DNA of 64,000 bases from a virus. The stretch is from IMG/VR virus record IMGVR_UViG_3300036765_000035, one strand, 5' to 3'. The notes under the pieces were generated by a model. It was not told the DNA's origin. It worked only from the letters and a program-made list of their open reading frames with translations, and made no database searches. The position numbers and the translations under genes were made by a program. This document shows, one piece after another, positions 20,501 to 31,622 of this stretch. Within the stretch, counting starts at the first letter, position 1. Each line of letters opens with the position of its first letter.

Positions 20501-23500
20501 GGTGAAAATTGTTCTAACTCATCTGGTTGATTCCACCATCGTGATTTATCAGTTAATTTTATTGGTTCAAACGTTTCATCCAATTGACCGCCTTCTGGTT
20601 CAATAAACTCTAATCTTAATTCAGTCCTTACAACATCATCTGTATATAGTTTTAATTCTGGATATATTTTTTCTTTTGAATCACCAAATGTTCCAAGTTT
20701 ATATGCCCAAAACTCATCAATAATTGCACTTTGGTATATTTTTTGGTTTGTAAATGCATCTATTGCATATTTTGTTCCTTTGGATTGAATCATTCCTCTC
20801 CAAAATATGAATTGTGATTTTGGATTCAATTTTATGTCATCCATATAATCTTTTGTTCCATCAAATCCCATTGATTTTCTTAACAATTTAGTGGCATCGC
20901 TACCTTCTAAAGATGTATATGTGCTATAAAAATTTCTCATTTCATCAACAGAACCTTCAATGTTTTGAATTTGTTGTTTATCTAACAACATTGTTCCACC
21001 AACGTTTGGTCTTAATGTAAAATCATTTTGTCTGTTAAACTGTACGGAAAATCTTGGTGTATTTAAACCAAAAAATGAATCATATATTAATACATTATTT
21101 GTAGAATAATCAGAAAATTGTATAATATGTTCATATGCATCCAAGAATAAGTTCATACCAGAAATATATGTTTTATTTTTATCTTTTGTATATTCTTTAT
21201 TGTTATTTTGTGTAATAGAATCAATTAATGATATATGTGATTGTCTATCATTTCTATATATCACCAATTCATCATTTGTCATTTTACTTCCATGATTATC
21301 ATATATATGAGGGGATATATAATTATTTTCTCCTTTAAATACATTTGATATTACACCAGTATCATGTTCAACCCATACGTTATTTTTAAATGGATTTAAT
21401 TCAAATGTTGGTAACTTTTTGATATCAATATATATTTTTGCTTTAAGTGTCCCAATTCCATCATCAGAAAATTGAATAGCTTTACCTTTTTTTGCATCCA
21501 ACAATGAAGATGCCAATTGAAAAGTGTTATTGTTTGTTCCTCTTATGACATAATATGGTATAGTAGCCGATATAGGATTATTGAACACAGTTGGAAGTGA
21601 ACTTCCGCTTTCAGCAATTAATAATATTCTTGTTCCATTTTGCCATGTTGATACAGCATTATTTAATAAAGTGAAACTATTGTTTGTATTATCAAATGCA
21701 ATGTTATATTCTAATTGATTGTCTTGTTTTAATGTTTTTAACTTATAAAAGTTATCAATCATTTTTTCAATTTCTAACTGCCATTCGTTTGGTCTACCTT
21801 CATCCAAATCAACATTATCACCTATATGATTTGATATAGTAAACCCAATGTCATTTAAATAATCAGAATATCCATGTATCACATCAATAATATTTTGAAT
21901 TTCTGTTATAGTAAATGGTGCAACCCTTGTTATGATATTTCTTTTATCAGAAAAATGTTTTTTCCAAACACTTTGAGTTTGTTTTTGTTTTAATATATTG
22001 AAAGTTCTTTCGATGTTTCCAATCATATGTTGACCGTTGCCATCATCTGAAACTCCAATTGTTATATTTTTTAATGCATTTTTTTCATTTTCTGCTAAAC
22101 TAAATTCTCTATCATTTAATCTTATTAAATAATATGGATATTCAGGAGTTAAACCATTTGGTAATTCGTCATTTGATGATACAAAAATTTCTTTTCCTGT
22201 AACCCATTCATCTGGTAATGTTAATGCATTATTAGATTCAATTGTCCCATCAATAACGTTTGATGACATTATAACATCTTCATACACATAAATATTTGTT
22301 ATTCCAACATTATCATATGTTACATTTTTAACTGTGTATGTTCCATTAAAATTTGTTGAATTAGTGACAGTAAAGGTTGACCCAATACTAAATTCTAGTA
22401 AATTATTTCCCTTAACTTTAAATACTTTTTCAAATTCTATATCCATTAAATCAGATGCCTTAATTGATATAAAACTTGAATGTAAATTGTTAAATAAATC
22501 TATATCAGTTATTGATATTGAAGATGATACTCCATTTGTTTGACTAGAAATAACAATATTTCCTTCTTTCAAATATGCAGTTGCATTATTTCCTAATTGG
22601 GTATTGATAACATTTAATAAATCCTGAAATGTTATTGTATCTGTACCATCAACAATTAAATCAATATTAAGTAATCCATCAACCAAAACATTAGCAGAAT
22701 ATGTGGTTGCTGTATTTAATTCTGTTTGTTTACTCAAATATATACTATTGCCATAGTCAATTACTTGATATCCATTTTCATCAACATAATCAACATCATA
22801 CACATCATGTGTATACAATCTAAATGTATCATTTTCACCATTTTTTAATTTAAATTGATAATTTTCTGGGTGATAATATGATATTGTTCTATTTACCAAT
22901 GAATTAGTATCTAAACTTATATTCCAACCAATTCCATTATCTCTATTTGGAGCATACTTACTGGGAATACTTAATAGTGTTGCATTTAACGAATCTAATG
23001 AGATATCTCTAATGCCATTTGTTTTTTTAAATAAAATGTTATAATCTTTGTTCGTTATATCAAAATTTTCACTATATATTAAAAAATTTTGCGTATCAAT
23101 AAATGCACCAAACATATATGATAATTTTGATTCCCAATCTTTCCATAAACTTCTAAATTCAGATGATACACCATCATACCCATTAAATCGATTATAATGT
23201 ACATACCATTGGTTCAAACCATTCATTTTTTTAACATTTGTTGTTCCATCAATAAAATCACCATGAAACTCAACATTTTTATGAGATGGTACTGTTTTTG
23301 TTTCTTTATCAACATTTAAACATGAAATAAATGTCAAATCATATCCAAAGTTTTGGAATATGAATCTCATTGGTTGTAATTTATATGATATCACCAATTT
23401 GTCATATTCTTTTCTAGACGAATTTCTCCATAACCATTCAAACTTGCCATTTTGACCAAATTCGAAATCATCAAAAGTTGTTACACCGAAATCTTGTTCA

Positions 23501-26500
23501 TTTGCATCATACACTGACCTTACATTTATATTTGCAGAATTACTAGAATTCCAAAATGGTGGCAATAATTCATCAGACTTATATCCATCAACAGTTGTTG
23601 AATTATCAATATTAACTGAAAAATAAGTAAATGTATTTAATATTTGACCTGCTAACCCTGTCCCATATGTTTCATATGCATCTTCTTCAGCATCATTTAT
23701 AAATGTTGTTGTACTGACTATTCCCTTGTCTAATGGAATTATTCCATTTAAAATATTAACCCACATTTGTTCTTTCCAATATCTATCAACAAATGGGTCA
23801 TCATTCAAATATTCCTCATCCCACCATTCAGGTTTATTATTATAATTTTGTAACATCCAAGGTTCTTTATGTGGGTATGGTGTGTTATATACCTTTTCAT
23901 ACAATGCTTGCCATGAACCACCAACATCATTTGATATAGTTCCTGTCAATGGATGTGTTTGTATTTGAGTATATGAATAATTCCATGTAAATGGGTCATT
24001 TTGCCTATAATAATTTAAATTACTCAATGGATTATCTATTCCAATATTTTTATAATATTGAATAAATTGTTCATATGATAAATTGTTATATTTTACATCT
24101 GATAATATTGAGTCAAAATCAAATTGACTCACGACATTAAAATCAACAACATCATATAATTTCTTTTCTATTTGATATAATGCTTCCTGTAGTATTAAAT
24201 TTAAATTTACTTCTTCCCAAATATCTAATGATAAATTATACCTATATAATCTACGTGTGTTTTTATTGGTATTTGTTCTAATAATATAATCACCATTTTC
24301 TAATGGTTGACCGTTTAATAATAAAGGAAAACTTTCATTATCATCTAATATTGTAAAACTTTCATTATTTACAACACTAAATATATCATTGTACATTAAT
24401 TCAAGTTCAGGTTTTTCATAACCAACTTTACTTCTATGACCATCATGATGAATTAACTCAACTTCTTGTGTTTTTTCATCATATATTTTATGTGGAACAT
24501 GTTTTTTACTCATTCCAAATATTACTGGTGATGCAATCCAATTTCTAACACCATTATTTCCATTATAAGATGTTGTGTCACCAAACCATTTATTTAATCT
24601 ATCATTATTTTCAAATTCATCTATTAAATATTCAACTATTGCATTTTGCATAGAAATAACACCGTCATATGATAAATCTGTCAACATATTTCTTGCTTTT
24701 GTTCTGAAAGTCTCTATTATATGTTGCTTTTGGAACATATATGTATCATGTGCAAAGTTTATTAATTCTATAGGTGTCACATTTTTTACAAAAATTGATG
24801 ACAATAAAGTATCAAAACCATCATTATGTTCCTTTATTGTTCCACCAATACCATAATTCACATCATCATTCACATAAAAATAATCTATGTCATTTAATAA
24901 AGATACAATGGGTTTTTGTGATGATATAATTGTTGTAAAATGACGATATAATTCTGTAAGTTTTACATCTCTTCTATTTTCATGTTCAACATTGAAATAC
25001 ATTTGATTCGGCAAATTCCAATTTTCATCTTCATCTTTGTAAGGTTTATATTCTTCAAGATTTTTCCCCTTCTTCCATACAGTTTGTATTTCATCATTTA
25101 CTAGGGAAATGTCTTTATATCCATATATTTCATTTGTATTTTCATTTATTAATAAATTCTCAAATGTATAATCTCTTTTAATTGTATCATGTTCTATTCT
25201 TTTCAATATATTCAGATTTAATGGATATTCTGATGATTCTTTAAATCTAAATATTTCATTTGCAAAAAGTTGAGGTTCTTCAAAAACATCAAATATTCTA
25301 AAAATAGGATATTGGTGTATTTCTGTTTTTGTTTGTTCAATTTTTTTAAAATTTGTTAAGTTGTATAATTCAATCCCTGTTGGTGTGTTTACTTCAACAT
25401 GTCTTTTACCTGATTCTTCAAGAGCGTATTCTCCTACTTCAACTCTAACTCTATCTCTTTCTCCTTTTACAAAAACATCATCATCAAATGTAATCCCTGA
25501 AACATAGATATTATCATCACTTAATTCAGTAAAATTGCCATATTGTCTGACATCATTTATATATACTCTGATATCTCCTTCTTGATAGTCCTCTATCAAA
25601 CATTTATCTCTTAACCTTATATCAATTGATGATGGAAACACAACAGTTTTTGCATAACCATCTGTATCATATACGCATTCAATATAATTATAATTTGTGA
25701 CATATTCATATTTATGTACTGGATTTACTCCAATATTCAAATATGAACTTAAAAATGGGTTAACTTCTGGTGTTATACTTGTTGGTATTACTTCTTTAAT
25801 TCCTAATAATTTCCAATGTTCTAAATGACCTTCAAATATATCTCCCCTTGATGTATATTTTGGTGTAATTGATGAGCCAATTGGTTTATCTGTTATATCA
25901 ATCAAAGCTTCTTTTAATGTTATCTCAATTCTATCTATGCTGTATGATGAAATAGACTGAATTGTATATTGTCCACTATTTAATTCAAAATCTGATAATA
26001 TTATGTAATCCCCTATGTTAGATTCATCTACAAAAAGTCCATATTTTCTTGAAAATCGTATTGTATTTTTATCAATTAATTCAAATTCTTCGTTTCCATT
26101 ATTTACAATGTTTAACAATTCAAATAATTTTGGCTCATTGTCAATTTGAACATAATCACTTAAAGATGTTTTCCTATATTCCCATTCTTTTACAGAATAT
26201 GCAACATGTGTTAATTCCAAATATGGTGAATATTCGATAATAGGCATTTGTGCCTTTACTTTTCCTGTGAATGTTTTTAATTGTGATTTATGTTTCCACT
26301 TATTTTGTTCTGCCCAATCATTTGTTGGAAAACTATCAATTGTATGTTTCCCATTAGATAACAAGGAAAATGTTGTAAAATTCTTTATGATGATATTCCA
26401 AGATACACCATCCCATTGAAGTATATCATCAGTTACATCATTCCAATATACATCATTTATCTCAGGTGATATTGGTGCTGTGCTTGATTTTGTATTATCT

Positions 26501-27867
26501 ATTAAAAATTTTCTATAAACAAAATAATCAAATTTTCCGTCGGTAAAAAAGAATGGCAAGTTTGATGTCCACCACAATTGATTTATAGATGAGTAACCAA
26601 AAAATTCACGTTCTCCTATATTTGGTCCTGATGTTATAACAACAACATCACCATCATTAACAATGCTTAAATCAACAACAGTGTCATTCATTGAAATATT
26701 AGAAAAAAGGACTTCACCTCTTGTTGATTCTAATATTACTTGTTTTTTATTCCATAAAATTTCACCAATATTACTTTCTTTAAAACTTGTAAATTTATTT
26801 GAATAATTATTACACACATAGTTTTTTTCACCTTCTATTTCAAGTAAGTGGGGTGATAATGTAATTGTTGTATCAGTTAATGATGATATTTCTTCATTAA
26901 CTGTAATCGTTGTTAAATTTGTTAAAACATCATAAGTTGATTCTTTTACACTCCAAAACGTTAGTACACTATTTGATGATACCGAAGATGCGAATACATA
27001 CCCATTTATTAACAGTTTTGTTAAATCATTCGATATTTTAATCGTTTTATCAATGTCATTATATGAAATAATTTTTTGTGTGGTGTTTACAACATATTGC
27101 ATATTAAACTCTGATGGCATTACTCTACCACTAGTAGTATCAAAAAATATTTCTGTTTGTGTTGTTGATGGATTATATACAACATTTAAAACTTCATATA
27201 TTTCAACATCTCTATCACTATTTGAACATGCCAATATGTTTCCTATATTTGCAAATGAAGTTTTATTTCCATTTATACAGATTTTATTTAAATTATAATC
27301 ATGTGCAACTATTGTTTCATTTGGTAATACATCTGTTACAGCTCTATTTGTTTCTAATAACCTTGCATTTGACCAAGTACACAAATTTTTAATTGTTATG
27401 TATTGTGGAACATCATTAAAAGATGACACATCCCAATAATAATTTTGATAATTAACTATTTTATCAATATCAATTGGTGGGACAAAGTTGAATTGTGTTG
27501 AATTTCCCCATGATGAAAAATTATCTAAATCAACACCTGTTCTCTCTATACGTGTTAAAAAATCTTCAAATGACATAAAATTATCAACATCACCAATTTT
27601 TGTATGCAATACTGGTTGTAATTGATTATTTTGTCTAAATGTGTTAATTTCTGTTATAGGGAATTCATTAGGGGAAGCTATATTATATTCTTCTCCTATT
27701 AATCCAATAATTCTTTGATACTCTGGTTTTGAAAAAACTCTGTTATATAAATTATGATTTATTGTTTCAACTAATTTTGTTCTATTAACACTAGGTAATA
27801 GATTATTTAAATCTGTTCTAACTTTTTTATAATCTGATAAATTTTTGTCTTGCACGGATTTCCCCAA
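17503..27867 (-). CDS. Giant (3454 aa) baseplate/tail-fibre protein with a C-terminal Pro/Thr/Ser-rich linker and a distal domain
   Basis: Single uninterrupted ORF after the gp6-like gene. PT linker [22 protein letters not shown]... lies about 85 aa before a roughly 260-aa C-terminal domain. Confidence 0.6.
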   Translation of the reverse strand: MGKSVQDKNLSDYKKVRTDLNNLLPSVNRTKLVETINHNLYNRVFSKPEYQRIIGLIGEEYNIASPNEFPITEINTFRQNNQLQPVLHTKIGDVDNFMSFEDFLTRIERTGVDLDNFSSWGNSTQFNFVPPIDIDKIVNYQNYYWDVSSFNDVPQYITIKNLCTWSNARLLETNRAVTDVLPNETIVAHDYNLNKICINGNKTSFANIGNILACSNSDRDVEIYEVLNVVYNPSTTQTEIFFDTTSGRVMPSEFNMQYVVNTTQKIISYNDIDKTIKISNDLTKLLINGYVFASSVSSNSVLTFWSVKESTYDVLTNLTTITVNEEISSLTDTTITLSPHLLEIEGEKNYVCNNYSNKFTSFKESNIGEILWNKKQVILESTRGEVLFSNISMNDTVVDLSIVNDGDVVVITSGPNIGEREFFGYSSINQLWWTSNLPFFFTDGKFDYFVYRKFLIDNTKSSTAPISPEINDVYWNDVTDDILQWDGVSWNIIIKNFTTFSLLSNGKHTIDSFPTNDWAEQNKWKHKSQLKTFTGKVKAQMPIIEYSPYLELTHVAYSVKEWEYRKTSLSDYVQIDNEPKLFELLNIVNNGNEEFELIDKNTIRFSRKYGLFVDESNIGDYIILSDFELNSGQYTIQSISSYSIDRIEITLKEALIDITDKPIGSSITPKYTSRGDIFEGHLEHWKLLGIKEVIPTSITPEVNPFLSSYLNIGVNPVHKYEYVTNYNYIECVYDTDGYAKTVVFPSSIDIRLRDKCLIEDYQEGDIRVYINDVRQYGNFTELSDDNIYVSGITFDDDVFVKGERDRVRVEVGEYALEESGKRHVEVNTPTGIELYNLTNFKKIEQTKTEIHQYPIFRIFDVFEEPQLFANEIFRFKESSEYPLNLNILKRIEHDTIKRDYTFENLLINENTNEIYGYKDISLVNDEIQTVWKKGKNLEEYKPYKDEDENWNLPNQMYFNVEHENRRDVKLTELYRHFTTIISSQKPIVSLLNDIDYFYVNDDVNYGIGGTIKEHNDGFDTLLSSIFVKNVTPIELINFAHDTYMFQKQHIIETFRTKARNMLTDLSYDGVISMQNAIVEYLIDEFENNDRLNKWFGDTTSYNGNNGVRNWIASPVIFGMSKKHVPHKIYDEKTQEVELIHHDGHRSKVGYEKPELELMYNDIFSVVNNESFTILDDNESFPLLLNGQPLENGDYIIRTNTNKNTRRLYRYNLSLDIWEEVNLNLILQEALYQIEKKLYDVVDFNVVSQFDFDSILSDVKYNNLSYEQFIQYYKNIGIDNPLSNLNYYRQNDPFTWNYSYTQIQTHPLTGTISNDVGGSWQALYEKVYNTPYPHKEPWMLQNYNNKPEWWDEEYLNDDPFVDRYWKEQMWVNILNGIIPLDKGIVSTTTFINDAEEDAYETYGTGLAGQILNTFTYFSVNIDNSTTVDGYKSDELLPPFWNSSNSANINVRSVYDANEQDFGVTTFDDFEFGQNGKFEWLWRNSSRKEYDKLVISYKLQPMRFIFQNFGYDLTFISCLNVDKETKTVPSHKNVEFHGDFIDGTTNVKKMNGLNQWYVHYNRFNGYDGVSSEFRSLWKDWESKLSYMFGAFIDTQNFLIYSENFDITNKDYNILFKKTNGIRDISLDSLNATLLSIPSKYAPNRDNGIGWNISLDTNSLVNRTISYYHPENYQFKLKNGENDTFRLYTHDVYDVDYVDENGYQVIDYGNSIYLSKQTELNTATTYSANVLVDGLLNIDLIVDGTDTITFQDLLNVINTQLGNNATAYLKEGNIVISSQTNGVSSSISITDIDLFNNLHSSFISIKASDLMDIEFEKVFKVKGNNLLEFSIGSTFTVTNSTNFNGTYTVKNVTYDNVGITNIYVYEDVIMSSNVIDGTIESNNALTLPDEWVTGKEIFVSSNDELPNGLTPEYPYYLIRLNDREFSLAENEKNALKNITIGVSDDGNGQHMIGNIERTFNILKQKQTQSVWKKHFSDKRNIITRVAPFTITEIQNIIDVIHGYSDYLNDIGFTISNHIGDNVDLDEGRPNEWQLEIEKMIDNFYKLKTLKQDNQLEYNIAFDNTNNSFTLLNNAVSTWQNGTRILLIAESGSSLPTVFNNPISATIPYYVIRGTNNNTFQLASSLLDAKKGKAIQFSDDGIGTLKAKIYIDIKKLPTFELNPFKNNVWVEHDTGVISNVFKGENNYISPHIYDNHGSKMTNDELVIYRNDRQSHISLIDSITQNNNKEYTKDKNKTYISGMNLFLDAYEHIIQFSDYSTNNVLIYDSFFGLNTPRFSVQFNRQNDFTLRPNVGGTMLLDKQQIQNIEGSVDEMRNFYSTYTSLEGSDATKLLRKSMGFDGTKDYMDDIKLNPKSQFIFWRGMIQSKGTKYAIDAFTNQKIYQSAIIDEFWAYKLGTFGDSKEKIYPELKLYTDDVVRTELRLEFIEPEGGQLDETFEPIKLTDKSRWWNQPDELEQFSPRVSFYFNTKVLDIIENAETLLYSQSGNHRLLDLNGMIADGAIISYYDSVQEKDVFLIEGDDFEFLSSKFIQFSSSIDGVSGLKVSLLTYEFDAQNPAKLIDKSSGTVVTNIPLWNPALGQYYHISNYIVTYKGDEDPAKYENQKPLWGSKFVGQVWFDDYAEGYLPYYDKSIYPKLNDRIKVWGEKSEWSDIALYEWVESDVPPDEYEELSILDEANSNKLLSEKITGIPLQQIHARFIQYDYNPFTQTVTSYEYYLEVKKEHFEWILGVEDATLLLPLVETDVYINGKFIERKIVNITHVNDYIATYGIGAYIHLTTVLEITDTEFANGDFKIVRPYNMVANHNKNGNKTEYKYYFWVRNKKTKHIINQQGTGISCYEAEKQLKNMPHPYMILQGIKTPDYGYGLIYGNVYDEYEYDLPFRYTQMIAKNLEGTVKDNNRYSLRFTRDFTLRDRMPNQDAFKSNLYLKNVHEEWKLIRRGQFEKIDKVLWDEITEALIGYKYVDGTLYDDIPLPSYNRKLYDSLYDADTKYGLGKEQIFVKADLALESILGIINDSNRNFGYIDINEFRKNYSFDTNKDIIDSMEYIYQNFSITEVNDIFFDVLHDVFSVKKEVKDFFKTSWISAEISQNVIPPVNNLVALDYVLEENGECQIPNVPVVSPSPTPSVTPSPTPTPTPSVTPSPTPSVTPSSTPAPSASVTPSITPTNTPTPTPTPTVSVTPSPTASNTPTPTPTPSASSSANLLLNDYSGAISAMSSSRRIDKYYEGPILRVRRSTDDAELDIGYDGSNNLDTTSIVSFAGGPWVTMYVVRVYDQSGNGNDWIQSDPLLQPTIYNNGMETLNSNPAFKFKYVSNESDILSSFFSGSSSTTIFAVIKQTRDSGVLMHDSINEYVGFSENTTLSSSYANAGTPTMYANAVDVGNSANGLYGELFGVQSMLTISDANTLTWSTHNIGFGADATRNSIGYVQEIIIYPTNVPTPDILSIESDMATYYNLPNY
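18290..18540 (-). repeat. Imperfect tandem DNA repeats (ggtgttggtgtaggtgtatta... units) encoding the Pro/Thr/Ser linker of the giant protein
   Basis: cggtgttggtgtaggtgtatta occurs twice about 60 nt apart, with many degenerate copies. Confidence 0.7.
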
Positions 27868-27871
27868 CAGC

Positions 27872-27915
27872 TAATATAATAATTTGTTTAATATTATTTA
27901 TGTTAGCTGTTGGGT
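27872..27915 (-). other. Intergenic stem-loop (CCAACAGCTAA ... TTAGCTGTTGG, 11-bp perfect stem) between the gp6-like gene and the giant gene
   Basis: 11-bp inverted repeat with an AT-rich loop of about 22 nt, seen directly in the sequence. Confidence 0.5.
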
Positions 27916-27932
27916 TATGAAAATTGTGGTTT

Positions 27933-30833
27933 TTACAATATTTGCTTTAAAGTTCGTGGGTCTAAACTTTGAACAATACTAATATCATTTACTGATATAC
28001 TTGGTTGTATTATTTCATCTTCTTTTGCGAAAACCTGATATAAATCCCCAAAAACATGATTGTCAGATAATGGAACCAAAACAACAGAATCTAAATATGG
28101 TGCTAATCTTGCATGAATAAATGCAGACAATTCACTAAAATAGAATGTCTCTCCAAACTCCCATTTATTTATATCAAAAAATTCTAAAACCAAATCAACA
28201 ATTACTGTTTTAAGTTGGTTGTTTGTTACACTATTATTTGATGAGCGAATTATCTTAATGGTTGCCCTTAATTCATCTTTTGATTTTTCCCCAATGATTG
28301 GTTTTATTTTTCCTGTATGTAAAATTACAGTATCCGATAACATTGCATTACCCAACAAGTATCCAAAATCATTCCTTAATTGAAATGGTGTTGGTGCAAT
28401 CGGTTCATTTTTTACTTTATTGTTTAACCATAACACTAAATTTTTATAATATCCACGTGTAATGATGTAAGTATCCATTATGTTTGTTGTGGATGGGTCT
28501 ATTAAATTGTATCTAGGTGTTCTATGTTGCCATAAAAAGTTAATGCCTTCTTTACCTATCTCTCTTTTCCAAAGGTTTTCTGTATCATTTGCATAAGAAT
28601 TTAAAACAAATTCTGTAGTTTTTGTATATACCCAAGGAGAATCGACATCATCTCTGTAAAAATATACATAATGCAATGTGTCATCAATCAAATAATCCAT
28701 TGATACATTATCTGGTATACCATCCCCATTTTCATCATCTGGAACTATATAAATATCATGAATGCTCTCAATTCCTTTATATTCCCCCTCTTTAATTACT
28801 ACCTGACCAGTTACATCATTAAAATAATTTTTTGTTAAACATGTGTTATCTGCACCTAAATTTGCCGATAATATAACTAGTGTATCAAGGTTTGTATTAA
28901 GAGTATCATTTGTTAAAACTGAATTATTGTTGTTTGTTACAAAAAATTTAGTTTCATCGCTATGAAAAATAAGTCTGTTTGAAATGTAACGTATTGTCCA
29001 ACTATCATCTACATTTGATTGTATTGATATCCAATATGTAGATGGTTCTGTATTATAAAATAACCACTCACCGTTTGGTGTATTTGAATTAAAATCTAAA
29101 TAAAATGTTGAAGGTGTATTATTAATTGCTAAAAGTAAGTTACTGTCAAGCTCTAATCTTTCGGCTGAACTAAATTCATTTCTAATATTTGATGGTAATA
29201 CTCCAGATAATAAAAATCTTGTGTACAAATCAGATGATGATAGTAATGGTTGAATATGGTTTAAAACTAGTGCTTTTATTAATGATACATTTGCACCACC
29301 ATCTTCATCAGGAAGAACATCTGCTGTAACATTTATAACATTTATATCTGTATTATAATAAACAACACCATCGTCACCAAATATTTTAACATTATCATAT
29401 TGTTCGCTTGCATCAAACAATTGTCCAATATACTTTGAATCTCCTGCAAATGTTCTATTGATTGTACGAAGTTTCAATATTGAATTATCTTGCAACATGA
29501 ATTCATTGTAGTCTTTACCATTTACCATTCTATCTTGTGTATAATAAACAGATGGGGCAATTCTTCTAATTCTATCAATTGTTTCTGTAGGAGCAGAATT
29601 CTGAATTGGTGTTAACAAAGAATATGAAAAAGAAAATTTTTGTTGAATGTTATCACTATCAATATATGAAAATGATGAATTTATATTTTGTATTGCAGTT
29701 GTTGGTATTGTTAAATCTTCATTTGCTGATGTTCTAAACCATATTTCAAATTTTCCAGACGGAATATTTGCAAAATTTGCATCACCAAAAATTAATCTAA
29801 ATTTGTCATCATCTAATGTTTCAATTTCATATTTGTTTCTATTTGGATTTGTATTAAATAAAATATTTCTTGCATTTGCAACGTCAACACTTTCCCATTC
29901 TCCCAACTTTGTTCCTGATGTAAAATCTTCTTCATCAATTAAGACTTCGCCTGTATCAGCATCAATGTTATTAACCCATACATCAATTTCATTCGTATTT
30001 GAATAATTTACATCAAATGTTTGATTCGGTGTAACACCATCAAAGTCTGTTGTAATTCTATTAAGTTTCCCTTGTTTTGTAAAAACAAAGAATCCTGTAT
30101 TATCTGATGAATCTCCCAACCCATCATTCAAATATACAATCGAAAATTTAAGATTTTTCTCTGGTCTTTTTTCCAACGGTCCATATTCATCTAATTCAGA
30201 ACTTACTAACTCCATTGGATATTGATTACCAGATACACTTACTGTATATGGAAAAATATTATTATTTAATGGAATGTTATTAAATGAATACAATTCAAAC
30301 AATACATCTTGGACTTGTATTCTATCTGATGGTAAAACTGTCCCAAAGTTTTGTTCAAGAACTCTATCCATCACAGTTATGAATTGTTCTTTCCAATTTA
30401 CATTATTTGTGTCATTCCATGTGATTGTTCTATTTGCTAAACTTAATCCATTGGAATCAAAAACTTTTTCTGTTGTTGATATGCTTGTTATTTTAACTAA
30501 TCCTCTAGATGGAATATTTCTACTAACATCATATGATAATAATTTAACCAATCTCAGCACTGATTCTTTTCTTTCGGCAACGGTTATAAAGTTTTCATGA
30601 GCATTCATATCATATCTATATGCCATCAACTCACCCATATACGCAAATAACTCAAGATGTGTTATAAATTCTGAAGATTCAATATAATCGTTAAATTCTT
30701 CTGGGTGATATATTTTCATATAGTCCAACATTGATTCTTTGATTGTATCAAAATCCCATGCTGCAAAATTTATTTGCTGGAAAGAATCATATGTTTTCTC
30801 CCATACTTCTGCTCTATTTACTATTCTTGACAT
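27933..30833 (-). CDS. 6: Baseplate wedge protein (gp6 / P2 J-like) following the gp25-like gene
   Basis: 966 aa. Assignment from conserved synteny (gp25-like W, then J-like) and size. Confidence 0.5.
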   Translation of the reverse strand: MSRIVNRAEVWEKTYDSFQQINFAAWDFDTIKESMLDYMKIYHPEEFNDYIESSEFITHLELFAYMGELMAYRYDMNAHENFITVAERKESVLRLVKLLSYDVSRNIPSRGLVKITSISTTEKVFDSNGLSLANRTITWNDTNNVNWKEQFITVMDRVLEQNFGTVLPSDRIQVQDVLFELYSFNNIPLNNNIFPYTVSVSGNQYPMELVSSELDEYGPLEKRPEKNLKFSIVYLNDGLGDSSDNTGFFVFTKQGKLNRITTDFDGVTPNQTFDVNYSNTNEIDVWVNNIDADTGEVLIDEEDFTSGTKLGEWESVDVANARNILFNTNPNRNKYEIETLDDDKFRLIFGDANFANIPSGKFEIWFRTSANEDLTIPTTAIQNINSSFSYIDSDNIQQKFSFSYSLLTPIQNSAPTETIDRIRRIAPSVYYTQDRMVNGKDYNEFMLQDNSILKLRTINRTFAGDSKYIGQLFDASEQYDNVKIFGDDGVVYYNTDINVINVTADVLPDEDGGANVSLIKALVLNHIQPLLSSSDLYTRFLLSGVLPSNIRNEFSSAERLELDSNLLLAINNTPSTFYLDFNSNTPNGEWLFYNTEPSTYWISIQSNVDDSWTIRYISNRLIFHSDETKFFVTNNNNSVLTNDTLNTNLDTLVILSANLGADNTCLTKNYFNDVTGQVVIKEGEYKGIESIHDIYIVPDDENGDGIPDNVSMDYLIDDTLHYVYFYRDDVDSPWVYTKTTEFVLNSYANDTENLWKREIGKEGINFLWQHRTPRYNLIDPSTTNIMDTYIITRGYYKNLVLWLNNKVKNEPIAPTPFQLRNDFGYLLGNAMLSDTVILHTGKIKPIIGEKSKDELRATIKIIRSSNNSVTNNQLKTVIVDLVLEFFDINKWEFGETFYFSELSAFIHARLAPYLDSVVLVPLSDNHVFGDLYQVFAKEDEIIQPSISVNDISIVQSLDPRTLKQIL

Positions 30834-30843
30834 TTAAATTCCT

Positions 30844-31218
30844 TTATATATTAAATTCCATTTTTATATCCAAAACATCTGTTAAATCTAACTCAACATA
30901 ATTTAAGTTTGCTGTTATGATTAATGTACTTTCATCATAATATGGATATGTGTTTATTTCAATTAAATCAACTCTTGGGTCATAATTGAAAACTGTTCTT
31001 AATTCATCTAAAATAAGTTGAATTGTTATTTCATCAAATTGTTCAAATAATAAATCTGGTATAATTGTTCCAAATTTTGGCATTTTTACTCTTGTTCCTT
31101 TAAGCGTAAATATATGATTCAATAAATCACGTTTAACAAGTTCAATATCTGTCAACACTAATGATTTATTTCTTTCATATTCAACTGTCGATATACCTTT
31201 ATAATAGTAATTTGCCAC
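30844..31218 (-). CDS. 25: Baseplate wedge protein gp25 / GPW-like
   Basis: 124 aa. Pattern LKGTRVKMPKFGTIIPDLLFEQ..D......I...L..V.NYDPRV.L.EI matches the gp25/GPW family signature (G.R...P.FGS.L..L.FEP...). Confidence 0.75.
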   Translation of the reverse strand: MANYYYKGISTVEYERNKSLVLTDIELVKRDLLNHIFTLKGTRVKMPKFGTIIPDLLFEQFDEITIQLILDELRTVFNYDPRVDLIEINTYPYYDESTLIITANLNYVELDLTDVLDIKMEFNI

Positions 31219-31278
31219 TGTTACTTCCTTTTAGTCATATATTACTGTATTTATCTTTGTATCAATAATAATTTTTAA

Positions 31279-31620
31279 CTATCTTCTCCAAAATGAATTT
31301 CTTGTAAGTTTTTCATCACCTTCAGTTACACCTATTGGTTTCCTTCCTTCTGGTTTAGTTTCATTATCATATTGGTCAATTGAATCAACATTATTTTTAT
31401 ATCCAGTATTTTCTTCATTTACTTCATCATCTGAATCTTGTTTCATTACTCTTGCCCAAGGTTCATGCATTGGTACTCTATTGGGCCAAATTGCCAGTTC
31501 TGTTAAAGATAAACACGATTTTGTTGCAAACATTGGTTCACCATCTTTGAATGGTTCATTATATTGTTCAAAATCTTTTACAGTTTCTGTATTTACAGAA
31601 TAATTATTACTTTCTGGCAT
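31279..31620 (-). CDS. Small hypothetical protein between the hub/spike and gp25-like genes
   Basis: 113-aa ORF. Confidence 0.4.
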   Translation of the reverse strand: MPESNNYSVNTETVKDFEQYNEPFKDGEPMFATKSCLSLTELAIWPNRVPMHEPWARVMKQDSDDEVNEENTGYKNNVDSIDQYDNETKPEGRKPIGVTEGDEKLTRNSFWRR

Positions 31621-31622
31621 TA

